Source of the DNA: Lama guanicoe
Taxonomy: Eukaryota
Assembly: GCA_013239625.1 (NCBI GenBank)
Contig: MU054323.1
Location: 14,760,029-14,824,028 of the forward strand
Length of the DNA: 64,000 nt
Direction: 5' to 3'
The translations under genes and the position numbers were made by a program. Positions 26,528-39,640 of this stretch are shown here, piece after piece. Position 1 is the first letter of the stretch; each line of letters starts with the position of its first letter. Under the pieces are notes generated by a model. It did not search any database. It saw only the letters and a program-made list of their open reading frames with translations, and was not told the origin of the DNA.

Positions 26528-27509
26528 TTCTGCATGTACTCCTACACATTTCCTCCCACAAGCCTTTCAGCCAGATGGCATTTTACCTTCTTCTTAGACA
26601 TGGCTGATGCCCTTTACTAGATACTCTGATATTTCCACTACTGGCCTGCAGTTTGCTCTTCTGGCTCCGACATAATGTTTTTTCTTTGTTTATGTAGTTA
26701 TGCACACACCTATCCTCTGAACTAACCAATACATGATTTTTCTCCTGGCTCCTGATATAGACCTATCCCTTTAACTTAGAACTCAGCCTCCTCTAATCCA
26801 ACAAATTTTATTTATAGAGTGGTTTAACACCTCCCTTTTCCCTCCAAAAATAAGACAGGGCTCTGGGAACTCTGACACAATCACACCTCCAAGCATTTAT
26901 AAAGACAGCAATCCATAACTTCTCTCAGCCAATACAGAGCTTAAACACAGCTGGCAATTTCTTTATTACAGGGTGGGGTTATTAAGTCACCCAGGTGTAT
27001 TAACAGGATTATAGTAATTACCATGCTCAGTCATGTCTGCTCTTTCAGTGTTTTTCTGATGTTTATATAGCCAGATAGTTTCTAATTTTTGTTGGTGTTC
27101 ATTAGAGGTATTAATTGAATAACCAATGCTTTTGATGAAAATGGTCTGTTTTTGTGTCATGTAAATTAACATCTACAATGTAAAAAGAATTATAGATATT
27201 TAAATCTCTGGATTGAGAATTATTCCCATGGTAGAATTCGATTCACCTGAAAAATCTGAGCAATAGAGTATTCCATTTTCCATTAAGTCATTTGAAGGAA
27301 CTGTTGTCAGCAATACAAATGGCCTTCTCAGTATAGTTTCGATACTAGAGTCTACATAAGCAGGAAAAGACTTTAGTATATTTTAGACTGGGAAGATGCC
27401 AGAACAGCTGGCAGGACTGAGTTGGTTCCTCGAGACAGGAGAATCAGCTCATATAAGAGCTGTCTAGTTAGCAGAGTGTAAGTTCATCAGATAGGGGTAA
27501 GTTCAAGAA

Positions 27510-28072
27510 GTAAATTGATTGCAAATATGATCCTAACTACCCCCCTTCTTTGTCCACATACATTATAATGTAACTTGATAGCCCTTCTGCTAAGAGGTGG
27601 GGGCTATTTATCTACCCATGCCATTTGATATGGCGCTGTAATTATCTCTGGACAATAAAATATGGCAGAAGTGACAATTTCCCAGTTCTAAGTTTAGTCC
27701 CTAAGAGATTTTATGTGCTTCTCCTCGTGTTCTAGGAAAACTGACAAACCACTATGAGAACAACAGGCTAATCAACTGGATGATAAAAAACATATGATCC
27801 AGTGGATCATATCTGGATCTTAGACAATAGCCACTAAAATTTCAGAGCTCAAAGCCAACATATACAAGCCACCCCCTACCCTGCCAGCTATCCTGCCAGC
27901 TGATCACAGATGTATAAACGAGCCTAAACAGAATAAATCAAGCCTGGACCAGATTACCAGAAACTCCCAGTTGATCTGAATAATTGGAAATTAATTAATT
28001 AATTAATTAGTATTCCATTGAAGTTTCGTGGTTCTTTTACGTAGAAATTGTCAAATAATTTATTAATACACA
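27510..28072 (+). mobile_element. MLT1H/F-like MaLR LTR
   Basis: gattgcaaatatgatcc...aagaggtggggctatt...aataaaatatggcagaagtgacaatttcccagttctaag...attgaagtttcgtggttcttttacgtag. Confidence 0.75.
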
Positions 28073-28081
28073 CTAGAAAAT

Positions 28082-28173
28082 AGAGAAAGAAAGAAAGAGA
28101 GAGAGGGAGAGAGAGAGAGAGAGAAGGAAGGAAGGAAGGAAGGAAGGAAGGAAGGAAGGAAGGAAGGAAGGAA

Positions 28174-28214
<41 letters not shown>

Positions 28215-28246
28215 GGAAGGAAAGGAAGGAAAGAAAAGAAAGAAAA
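28082..28246. repeat. Compound polypurine microsatellite (GA)n(GGAA)n(GAAA)n
   Basis: About 165 nt purine-only tract seen directly. Confidence 0.97.
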
Positions 28247-29404
28247 TACATCTAGGCAGAGTTTCCAATTTCCAAGTAACTTCTAATAAACAAGACTATG
28301 CTTTTTAATAATGGGACAAAATTTTTCCCTCTTTGTCTTGTTTAATTCATCTAATCAGTTTTGGGAGCTCTGGTGTCAAAGGTGGTCATATGCCTGCTAG
28401 TGGAGACCTAACTACTTCTTCACACTGGGCGTACCAGCAACATTTGACAAGGTGAGTCTCTGAGGATGGTGTACAGATGTGGGAGCCCAAATCCATGCCA
28501 AACTCAAGCAGCAAGGCTGGTGGAGGCAGGTTATCTTACTGGGTTATTAATCTACACAATCATAGTGACAGCAGGGAGTACACACAGTATAATAAAGAAG
28601 CAAATTTGGCCTACTTCAAGTTGGAAGTGTTGACTGAGAAGATTACTTAAACTGGTAATCACATCAATTAAGGATTTAGAAGAATGTAGCAAATATAATA
28701 AAGAGAAAAGCAGATTCAGGAACTGGCCCCACACGAATTGAAGACTTTCTGGGTTTCTTTTACTGTTAACCATATGCGCTTGCAACCAAACATTTCGTAA
28801 GATTTTTTAAGGCATATATTGATAATCAAGGTATGATTACTGATAATGAAGCAGGCAAAGCTAACATAAATTTCTTCACTCTAATAAAAATTATGAATAA
28901 ACTTCAAACTCAACAAAGGCATTGAATATTGTCCTTTATATAAAGATAAGACTAGCTAACTTTGCACAGTACCATATGTAAGTTGAATTTTTCACAAGCA
29001 ATGGTGATGATTTTACATGGTTCCACTTAGAAGTATCCATTTGGTGTTCCTTTTGATACATGCTATATACCAGCAAAGTGGGCTGGTCATTGTTAAGGAA
29101 CTCTTTCTGACTATGGAATGGTTCTTGCTAGCAAATCTTATTACTTCTCCTCTCAGCAATTATCTCTAACTCTTTATTGCTAATAATGAGATTGGCACCA
29201 CCTCCAGTATTCATACGCATTTCAATATATCCCTATTACTATAGAAATCATTCCAGTTTTCTCATCTGAAAGGAAGATAAATGATACTTCCTACAAAAGA
29301 AAAAAAATGCTCCCAACTTTACTCTATATCCCATTATTTTCATGACTCCCTATGGAAATGGATTTTTTCTTTTCATTCTACTATTTCTTTTCTCTTCACC
29401 TTCA

Positions 29405-29560
29405 GATGTGCAGCATAATGTAGGAGGAGGAGAGAGATTATGTCATTTGCAAACTAATACCCTTGGAAAGTAATTTAACCTTTATGAATCTCCCTGTTTG
29501 TGTATAAATGGGGAGAGGTGATAATGTCTACGTGAAATGACTGCTTTCTATCAGTCAGAG
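29405..29560 (+). mobile_element. MIR SINE (degenerate)
   Basis: cccttggaaagtaatttaacctttatgaatctccctgtttg...tgtataaatgggg...ataatgtctac. Confidence 0.55.
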
Positions 29561-30289
29561 ATGAGAATCTACAGGAAAAAGACGGCACACCCAAATGAAG
29601 TAATTTAAGTAGACTGTAATGAGGAATACATTTGCCAGAGCGTAAGAAGAATAAGGAGAAGCCAAGAAGAAATGATGTCTCTTAAATGCTAACAATAGCA
29701 AGATGTTACTCCCCTGAGAGTGAAGGTGAGAGAGCAATTACTCAACTCAAATTTAGATTTGTAGCTATCAGACAGCACTAGCTGAAAGGAGCAGACAGAA
29801 CAACTCTCCATGTTCACATCTCTCACCAGGTATCACCTATTTGACAGGTGGCTTTATTTCCTCTCACTACTCATTCAGCCAAAAGCTGGGGATGGGGAAG
29901 GAACTGCTTCTCACAGCTGCTAATCTCCAGGTAACTCACCATTTCTTCTTTTGTTCCCTAACTCTACTCAGATGTCTCTAAATATTTACTTCATTAAAAT
30001 CTCTTCCTATAAAATGTCTGGGGGGAGGGTGAATTCTGTAAATAAAATAAAATGTATTATTATATATAGGAGAGTATTTCCATTCATGGCTTCTAGACTT
30101 TACCCCCTTTTAGTTTTATGATTCCACATTAGCCTTACTTTTATGTTTTTTTTTAGCCTTGTTTTTGTTAATTCATTTGCACGCACTTTTTTTTCTCTCC
30201 CCAAAGTTGAGCGTACCCCATTATTAAAGCTACATTTCTGCTCCTCATCTTTTATTATTTCAAACAGTTCATTAATATTCATAGCTACA

Positions 30290-30640
30290 ATTATTTTTTG
30301 AAATTATGACTCCCAAATATTTATATGCAGATCGACAGATCTTTTACTTGAGTGAGTCTTGATATTTGGTTATGATATATGCTCAAAAAATGTCTGCTGG
30401 AGTACATGAAATCCTAACTTTTTACTGTAACTGAATATCCTACCCTAAACTTGAATTCAACTTCAGCAACCTTTTCCACATATTTCTGTTATATGAGAGA
30501 TCACACTTTAATTTGTCTATAATTATATATTTGTCTCTTCAATTAAAATGTAAGGACCTCAAGACTAATCTACCTATAAATTCTATTTATTAGCACAATT
30601 TCTAGCACCTAAGTGATTCACAATTATTTGTTAAATGAAC
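30290..30640 (+). mobile_element. L2 fragments
   Basis: atgactcccaaatatttata...; agcacaatttctagcacctaagtgattcacaattatttgttaaatgaa tail. Confidence 0.6.
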
Positions 30641-31671
30641 AATCCTCAAACTTGTTAACCTCCACAGAAGTCCTATTTCCCACCAGTTCCTATCTTACCA
30701 AAATCTTCCATACACCTAGACTTGAAACACTGGAGTTATATAACATAGTTATCATAGACCTTATTAGCCTCCAGATCGTATTTTTTCATTCTGAAATGAA
30801 ATATGTTTCTTATTTGTCTTTGTTGGTCATTTCCCTTAATAAGTTTCTTGCTATAAAATATGTGGATTAAAAAATATGTAAGTTACTGCTTTGATTATAG
30901 GCCTTTCTTCTCAATTTCCTCCTGTAACCACTTTTAGAACAAACTCCCTGAAATATTAAGCATATTACATCATTCCCAGCTTCTGGCTTTTCTCCACATC
31001 TTTGAGTGTTATGAAAATTAATATGATAGCCATTCTGAACCTCTATAGATGTTATGAGTCACTCACTGACTGAAAACTGAGTAAAAATGTCACACTCACA
31101 TACTCTTCCATGGTCCTTCCTGGGTAAAATCATTAAAATTATCCATTCATTCCCTAACCCTATAATGAGATAGGAAGTTTGATTATTTATTCACATTATT
31201 TCCAATGATTTTTTTAAACTATGTGAGTAAGCAGGTATTATGCCTCTTATCAGGGATTCTTTACATTATATTATGTCCAAACCAAATGGTTTGGTACCAT
31301 TTGGTACAAGTAAGAATTTAAAACTTTGATTAGCAAAATTATCTCATCAATTCCCAAAGAATAATTCAACGTCACACTTTTATTAGGCACCTACTCCGTG
31401 CTCTGAAGTCATTTTTAGATTTTAACAATGTAACATTACAGTGCCTGCTCAAGTATATATTATCTTATGGTTGAACAGTATTTTACATACCATAAAAATA
31501 TCTAAATACTAATAAAAAAAAGAATATATAATTTTTTGGTTGTCCAAAATAGAACAAATTATTACTCCAATTTAAATATGCTGCCTGGCGCTTCACATAA
31601 ACAATTAGACTTTTTAAAATGAAATATTTTCTATCAATTTTTATTTATAATATAATACATCTTAGTCCTTA

Positions 31672-31787
31672 AATTATATATGCATGTGTGTGTGTATGTA
31701 TATACACACACATATATATATATAAAAATATATATACATTATATATGTGTATATATGTGTGTGTGTGTGTGTATATATATGTATATA
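31672..31787. repeat. Mixed (TA)n/(TG)n/(CA)n microsatellite
   Basis: Alternating purine-pyrimidine tract seen directly. Confidence 0.9.
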
Positions 31788-32269
31788 AACTGCCACATAA
31801 TTTAAGTTGGTCATTATGAGCTATGCTCTACTGGCAAACATGAGATAACATTAATTTTCTTGATAATTATAACTCTTGTGTAAACTTCAGAGTCTATATT
31901 CTATTTCAATGAATATCTCAAGAAATACATGGAAAGTAAATAACCAAATGCTCAAGGTAAGACTGATACAGGAGGGACAGTCATAGTCTGAATATGTGAC
32001 GGAATTTCTGTGGCATAGATCAGGGGAGGCATGAGTCTTCAGAAGTACAAGTTGCTTTATTGTTTCTCCTATGTATTTTGGAAATACACAGAATATAATG
32101 TAAATAGACAAGGCCATGATGTATCTCCGTACAGTCTGTCTATTATATAAAATATTGAGTGGTTTGTTAAGAGTAGAAATATAGCTAGCAATTTGCTTAT
32201 CAAAGTGCATACTCCATACTCTAAGCCCATGCTTAGAATAAGATATGTTTTTTAAACTTCTAACTTAAA

Positions 32270-34300
32270 ATAACCCTTACCCAAACTGAGAAAATAAAAA
32301 GAGAGAAAACACAAATTACCAAATTAAACAAAGGAAAGGGGGGCATTACTACAGATCCTGCAAACATTGTGAAGCCATTAGAAAGATATTCCAAACAACT
32401 ATATTTCAATACTTTAAAATTAAAATGAAATAGGCAAATTACTTGAAAAACTTACTAAAACTATACAAAAGATATAGAAAACTTTTAAAAACCCTATATT
32501 TATTAAAGAAATTTAAATCCTTTGTACCATGTTAATTTCAGACAAAGTTGGCTTCACCAGTAAATTCTTCAAATATCGCTCATGAATATAGGTACAAAAC
32601 TCTTAAGTAACTATTAGCAATCTAATTTCATGATACACAAAAAATAAGTGATCAAATTGCATAGCTTTCAGTTAAAAATATGGGTTTAACAATTAAAAAT
32701 AAAGAAATAAAATTCACCAAATTAATAGAAAAAAAGGAGAAAAGTCATACAATCATCTCAAATGCAGAAAAAAAAATGGGAACAATTAGCAACATTCATG
32801 ATAAAAATTCTTACTAACCTTTGAAGAAAAGGAAATTTCATTAATCTGATAAGGAACACCTATCAAGAACACACCCGCAAAAAACCAAAAAAACACCTTA
32901 CAATAAACATCAAATTTATGGTAAATAATTGAACATTTCCACTGAGATTGAGAAAAAGCCAAAAATTTCTGCTATCGTAGAGTTATTAAATTTTATTAAA
33001 CATAATACTAGATAATCTTATCAGCAAAATAAATAAGAAAAATTAAAAAGTAAAGGTTTAAAAGAAAAAAATATTCTTTAAAGTGTGATTATATTATTTA
33101 GGTTAAGAAGTAGTTAATAATCAAAAAAATTCATATAAACTACTAGAACTGATGAGCAAATGCAGCAAATTATCTATATATGACTAATAAAAAGAATCAC
33201 TTATACATACTAAAAATAAATATTTGTAAAATTAAATGTACAGTCAAATTTATTCATAGCAACACCAAAAACTTAAACACTCCTTTTTGTTTAGGAGTAC
33301 ATGATTTCTATATAGATAGCTAGAAAGCATTAATGAAAGAAATTTTAAAAGGCCTAAATAAATTGAGGGATATACATGTACAGAAATTGAGTACTATAAA
33401 AATGATATTTGCTTTCAATAGCCAATTAAATTGATTAGATAATCCTAAAATTTATATGGAAATGCTAAGGGCCAAGAAGAGTCAAAGCAATAACACTGAA
33501 GAGAAAGAACGAAGTTAGAAGACTTATAATAACAAATGGCATATCTTTTTAAAAGCTACAATAGTAAAAACAAAGTGTAATTAGCACAAAGATGGGCAGA
33601 CAGACCACAAAAACACAAAACAAATTCTATAAACAGACCTATGTGTAAGTAGTCACTAAATTTATGAAAAATTTTTCATTAAAACACAGTAATTTTTTTC
33701 AATAAATAATATTTAATATTTTATTATAATAGTTATAAATACAATTATAAATTATATATAACTTATATAAGTATATAATATTTAAATAAATATAAATTAT
33801 AAATATAAATTATGGCAATTTCATTAATATTTCTTAATAATACTAATAAAATTAATAATTATTTGATAAATGTTTAAATAAATAATATTTATTTGGAAAA
33901 AGAACCTAGGTCTCTTTCACAGAACACACACAAAAAGTCAACTTCATATCAAGTGTAAATATAAATGTAAAAGGCAAAAAGTAAAAAAAGTAAAGGAAAA
34001 CACAGGAGACTATCTTCATATCCTTAGCCCAGACAAAACATTCTTAAACAAGATGCCAAAAGCAACAACCTCTGACAAAACAAAAAATACTGACTTCATC
34101 AAAATTAATTTCTGTTCATCAAATTACATAATTAAAATAAAGAAAATGCAATTACATGTAGATTTGGAGGTGATATTCGCTATATAGATATCCAACAAAA
34201 GATTCAAAACATCCAGAATTCCTATCTAACTATTTATCTATCTATCCAACCCTCCAAATTTTATATAAAGAACTCCTATAAATCAAGAAAAAGATAGCAA
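32270..34300 (+). mobile_element. Old L1M ORF2 remnant with an internal AT-rich low-complexity patch (about 33705-33895)
   Basis: gaaaacacaaattaccaaatt...gggcattactacagatcctgca; ggcttcaccagtaaattct; atcatctcaaatgcagaaaaa; aatcctaaaatttatatggaaatgctaagggccaagaa. Confidence 0.85.
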
Positions 34301-36724
34301 CCAACTCCTCCCTCCTCAGAATCATATGGTTTTTGCTTCTGTGAGAATTAAATAGGGGATGAAACTTATGCCAGTTTTTAACCCCTCTCTTGAATGCATA
34401 GTTCACTTTTAAGCTAAAAATTTCAACAGAAGGAAATTTTAAGTTTCAACTTATGCTTTTATGTTCATCTTTCATTTTTTTCCTCTTCTGATAGCACTTA
34501 AGTTATCCAGGCCTACTTACAGCAGTTTTCTTCTCTCATTAGAACTCTCACAAAGATGGAACACAACAACTTGCATAAAAAGAAAAAAAGAAAAAAGAGG
34601 GGGAGTAGGAGAAGAGGGAGGAAGAGGAAGGAACTGGCTTTAAAGAACCAAGATGATTGGCATTTTCAATTTTCTGTGAAATTCCCACATGTTAATTTCA
34701 GGAAAAAAAGAAATGATTATGCTACCTGAGTAAACTCTCCCAGCAACCTCAGGCGCAGTCTAAACCGTGTAATACACTGCACTAAATGCCTGCATTACTT
34801 GCTACTCCTTGCTGGCCACTTGCTCTTTTCTTGTTAGCTACTGTTACTAATTTATGAAGCTGAGTCATCAGACATCCTTGTCTAATGCATCTCTGGGGAA
34901 GTCTAATTGTTTTTCAAGTTCACTGTGACACTTTTAACCTCTTAATCATTATATTCCCTTATCCTATCTTAGTCTGAATTTTAGTTAATCAAGTAACTGT
35001 CCAATTCCTACCTGCTTTGGCATTTTTAGACTTTGCTTATTTTGTACATATTTAACTGCTTGATATTTCTGATTGTTCCTTTGTTTTACCAAAAAATATA
35101 CAACATCTAATTTGTCCTATGATATCATTAGATTCACAAAGCTTTACTATATGCTAAATATTTTACTTGTGAACCTTAAAAGAATGTGTACATCATTATC
35201 CTTAACCATTATATATTCATTTAAATAGTCTCCATCCGGTTTTTCAAGGTTGTTAGCATTTAACATCTCAACTTAGCTTTCCCTGATGCATGGAAATAGA
35301 GTCTTTCAATAAGCCTTATTGAATCTGTACATTGAATCTGTTGATTTAAGAGAGCATAATAAAAAAAAATGGCATGACATTCATTTAAGTTTCTGTGTCA
35401 ATGAAGCACATTTTCAAATGTTCTTTGTCTAGCAATATTATTCCATTTGTTTTATTCTATAGTTCAACCCAGAATCATTTTATTTCCAAAAGTATTCCTC
35501 CACATACATTAATTGGCCTATGCTTAAATGTAATGTCCTCAGGGACTTACATCAGTCTTTATTTTCTCTACTGTCTTCTCATATAACTTTCTCTTTTAAA
35601 AATGAGATGTATTTCTCTGAGCATGTTTCCTCTTGCTTTATTAATGGCTGTTTTGTGTCCTTCACATTCTTTATCACTTTAAAGAATTGCCAACTCTACA
35701 TATTACTATGTTCACCCGCCCAAAACAAAAATTCTTTTCACTTATCCAGCATTTGGCAATTATGAGACAATACACATTAAATTGAATTGCAAATTTCAAC
35801 TGTATAGTTGACATCTTATTAACTTTGGTTACATGTCCATGGCATGACTGAAAGTGACAAAGTGTGGATGTGTGACAGCCTTTTATAAAGTGGCATTTCC
35901 ATAGTTTCTGTATAAGAGCATGTCAGGGGAATTGCTTAGTCTCCAATTCTAAAATACCTCCTCCATGTTGAGGGAGCTATTGTTAAGACACATTTTTCCT
36001 TTTTCCATCCTTCTATGTTGTCTGGTCTTGGGGAGATAGAGATACTTAACTGAATTGTTAATTGAGGAGAAAGATCACCATGGCATGCTCAGGCCTCCCT
36101 TCTTTCTTAGGAAGTATACATTTTATGAGACATCTTCATGGAGGGAGTGCCTACTCTGGTCCACAGCTGCCTCTGAGAAATGTATGATCTGGACAACCCT
36201 GAGGTTTAGCCCATACAGCTCTCTTACTTTACTTTATGCTCAAAATTAATCAGTCATAAGAGTGATAATTTACAGTCCATCTGCCATTCCATTGTTTTGT
36301 TCAATTTAGGAACTTGTCTCGAAGTTACATTAGCTTAACAATCAAATCACATAGTTTTCACTTAGATTGCATGTTTATTTGTGGTGGCTTAAATGTGTAA
36401 TGGGGCGGGCTGTAACTATAGATCTGGGGACAAGAGCTGAAGTCCACCCCAAGTATCAAAGACTGCCCCCTACCCCAATTCTATCACCAAAAACTGTCAG
36501 AGTGCTCTGATTGCTAACATCTCCCATGATAAATCCGTATAGAAGCTCATTCTAATGCAGAATTCTATATGGGTTTTTCCCAGTCTAAGGAAACAAGTGC
36601 AACAGCTTTTATCAATGATTCATCTGAGCTAGAGACAAAGTCAACATTTGTCTTCGGGAGCTATGGGCATACAGATGCTCTCAAATGATGTTTGATTAAC
36701 TATTCTTCAAATTTTTAATGGTTA

Positions 36725-36885
36725 CTTTCCCAATGAAGTCTTCTCTGATCATCCTATTTAAAACGTCAACTCTCCACCCCTCCTGAGCAATCAGATCATT
36801 CTCCCCACTTTTTATTTTCATAGTACTTAATATTTTTTAAAATAACTCTTTATTTATTTTGGTTACTGTTTCTTTCTCTTCACTA
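36725..36885 (+). mobile_element. L2 3' end
   Basis: aagtcttctctgatcatcctatttaaaa...ttttcatagtacttaa...tctctcttcactagaa; the L2-type tail gtttgttgaataaatga lies just beyond, at about 36929-36945. Confidence 0.7.
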
Positions 36886-38170
36886 GAAGTTAGCACAATG
36901 TCTACCAATTAATATGTCTTTAATAAGTGTTTGTTGAATAAATGATCTTGAAGGGAACCCAATTTGGATAAAACCCTTTGGGCAATGTGTTAAAACTGTC
37001 TCAAATGACTGCTGCAAATCCATTTACAAGTAAGGCACATTACCAGCCAGGTCTGATTGCCATGCCTTTGAATAATTTTTCAGAAGGCATTGATATTTCA
37101 CTGGGCCTCAGAATCCTGCAGCTCATATATGACTAAGTACAAATGCCAAATTATCTCCAAGTAATTCAGAGTTCACTGTTATCCTGACCTGAGAGGACCT
37201 AGAGCTGGTTGAGTTCTTAAAGTTACTAACTAGTAAAATGTTCTGCCCATTACATCATGAATAGATCCTTCAAAGGAGCCAAATTGGTCATTACAAAAAT
37301 AATTAGCCTCTCCTAGAGTTGAATAAGTAGTAGAAGGGAACTATTTATAACTGCCCTGCTTTACATACATGAATTTTGAAAAAGGGAAAAATTCTATGAA
37401 TGTCTACAAACAGGCCTTCCTCAACCTAAAACTTTCACTTTCTTCAGTTACAAAGAACAACCTGTGGTTAGGGCCTAAAATTCCATCATATCAGCAAGAT
37501 GAGGACTAGCAATCCCTTGAAGACCACAGGGAGTAGACTCTTAGCTCTTTGAGGATAAGGCTCTTGCTTCCTCACTTAGAACATGCACATCAAACACTGA
37601 GAAAGTTGTCCAGATAAATCTCCTCACCTAATGATTTTACCACCCATGCTTCTGCTTTAAGAGCTCCTAATTTTCACCTTATAAATTTACCCTTGAGTTT
37701 GGGGTCATTAACTTTACTGCTTTAATTCACTCTGCAGTATTAGATATGGGAATCAATAGCTTGAAAAATTTCTTTGGAGAAAAATGATTCTCAGTGGGAA
37801 AATGTGGCTTGTAGTTAGAAGTCCACTAAACCCTCATGAATCATTATTACACAAAGTCCCATTATTACATAAAGTCATTATTACATTGTATTCCATCGTG
37901 GAGACAATAAAAATGTAATATTTTAGTCCTCATTTTTTCCATTAGTTCTACTAAGAATATCAATCAATAGCCTTACACTCTTGATCACTGTGACATTATG
38001 TGGGATAAGTGACACAACAGCCCATCTACCCTATTTATTGCCACCTCCAGTTGGAATAGAGCTCAAAGTATAAAGGAACAAAAGAAGTAAGTTGCAGGAA
38101 ATGTGGCTAGCAACATACATAAATCATTAAATTCTTTAAAAATCAAACAATAATACTAGCGTATATAACC

Positions 38171-38402
38171 GATTTTATAGCAAACTTTTTCTTAAGGGTC
38201 TGGAGAGAAAGTATTTTAGGTTTTGTGAGTATTACAGCCTTTGTGGCAATTACACAAATTTACTGTCATGGCACAAAACAGCCATACAAAATATTTAAGC
38301 AAATATGGCTCTATTCCAGGAAAAAAATAAAAAACCACTTTATTTATACAAGCAGGTGGCAGTCTGAATTTGGTCCACGAGTGATAGTTTGCCAACTCTC
38401 GG
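38171..38402 (+). mobile_element. MER58A hAT-Charlie DNA transposon fossil
   Basis: gcaaacttttttcttaagggtc...tattttaggttttgtg...cagccatac...ctttatttatacaagcaggtggcagtctgaatttggtccacgagtgatagtttgccaactc. Confidence 0.85.
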
Positions 38403-38624
38403 ATTAAAAAATTATTCTAGAAAGAAAAATTATGGTTTAATGATAATTCACCTACCTCAAGTGTACTGAGCTAACACATACTGCTCTATGTGGAGGCTGT
38501 ATATTATATAATCGTTGCAGTGCTTTGTGAATATTAACTTATCATTGCTCAGAACTATTCTACTTGTCCCATTTAACAGATACAGAATTGTATCTGCATT
38601 ACAGACAGGTTAAGGTAACCTGTC

Positions 38625-38894
38625 TGTATCAGTTTCCTAGGGCTGCCATGACAAATTATCATATAAGCTGGACGGTTTAAAAAGAATAGAATTCCCCTCC
38701 CCTCACCCCGGGTTTTGAGGCCAAAAAAGAAGTTCTGTTCTTATAAGGACGCCAATCACACTGAATTAGGGCCCACCCTAATGGCCTCATCTTAATTTGA
38801 TTCCATTCAGAGGGACACTATTTCCAAAGGTCAGGGTAATCCAGGTTTAGAACTTCAAAATATCTTTTGGGAGGGCATACTTCAACCCACAGTG
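38625..38894 (-). mobile_element. MLT1B/C-like MaLR LTR (internally deleted), inserted in an antisense MIR
   Basis: tgtatcagtttcctagggctgccatgacaaatt...cttataaggacgccaatcacactgaattagggcccaccctaatggcctcatcttaa. 5-bp TSD ctgtc (38620-38624) / ctgcc (38895-38899). Confidence 0.88.
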
Positions 38895-39174
38895 CTGCCT
38901 AGTAACACTTCACATTGTCTTCACAGCACACAGCCAGGGGTGCACAACATCAATAATGCTTTCAGTATAAGCACAGTTGAAAGAATATTTAATATCTCAT
39001 TTTTTAATAAAATATCATTGAATCATTCTTTCACAATCTATTAATAACAAATATGTTTTATTAAGAAATGACGGGTCCAAGTCCACCTGAGCGCATTATG
39101 GAGTTAAGTAAATAATGCACCACAAACTTTATTGTTTTTACTAATTTTTCAACCATGGAAAATAATACCCATTT

Positions 39175-39640
39175 AGACAACAGCTGGGAATAGCTGGGGA
39201 TGACTTTGGGGCTTCAGGCTGTCTGGGAAGCACTGTTCGCGTTCAATGGCAGGAAGGGAGGGATGCCCAAAGCTTTGCAACACAGGGAACAACTATGCCC
39301 AACTAAGAACTTTCTTTCTCTACATGCCAAAAGAAACAACGGTAAACTACCTGTACATTATCATTCTAAAGCAAAACTAGTAACTTATGGAAATCACCAG
39401 GGATTAGCAGCTTTTGGAGATCAAGGAAACAATTTACGGAAATTCAGAATTCCACCACGTGCATAAGTGCACAGTAAGAGCTTTGTAGCTGTGTGTTTTA
39501 ATTGAACACTAAACCACCGTTTCATCAAACTCTATCGACAGCAAGTATTAGTTTCCGCACACCAACTTGCAGTATCCGAAAGAGGTGGTCTTTGCCTTAA
39601 TCCCAAAAAGACCTAAACAGAATTGTGCATTATTTACATA
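39175..39640. mobile_element. Possible hAT-Charlie (MER20B-like) fossil
   Basis: agggatgcccaaagctttgcaacacagggaacaactatgcccaactaagaact resembles the MER20-type agggatgctgctaaacatcctgcaatgcacaggacagcccc...caaagaat. Confidence 0.35.

Noticed and set aside
27999..28268. F/L/P/S-rich ORFs
   Set aside because: They are translations of the (GGAA)/(GAAA) microsatellite.
33705..33895. Very AT-rich patch with apparent inverted repeats
   Set aside because: It is low-complexity A/T sequence inside an L1, where self-complementarity is expected by chance.
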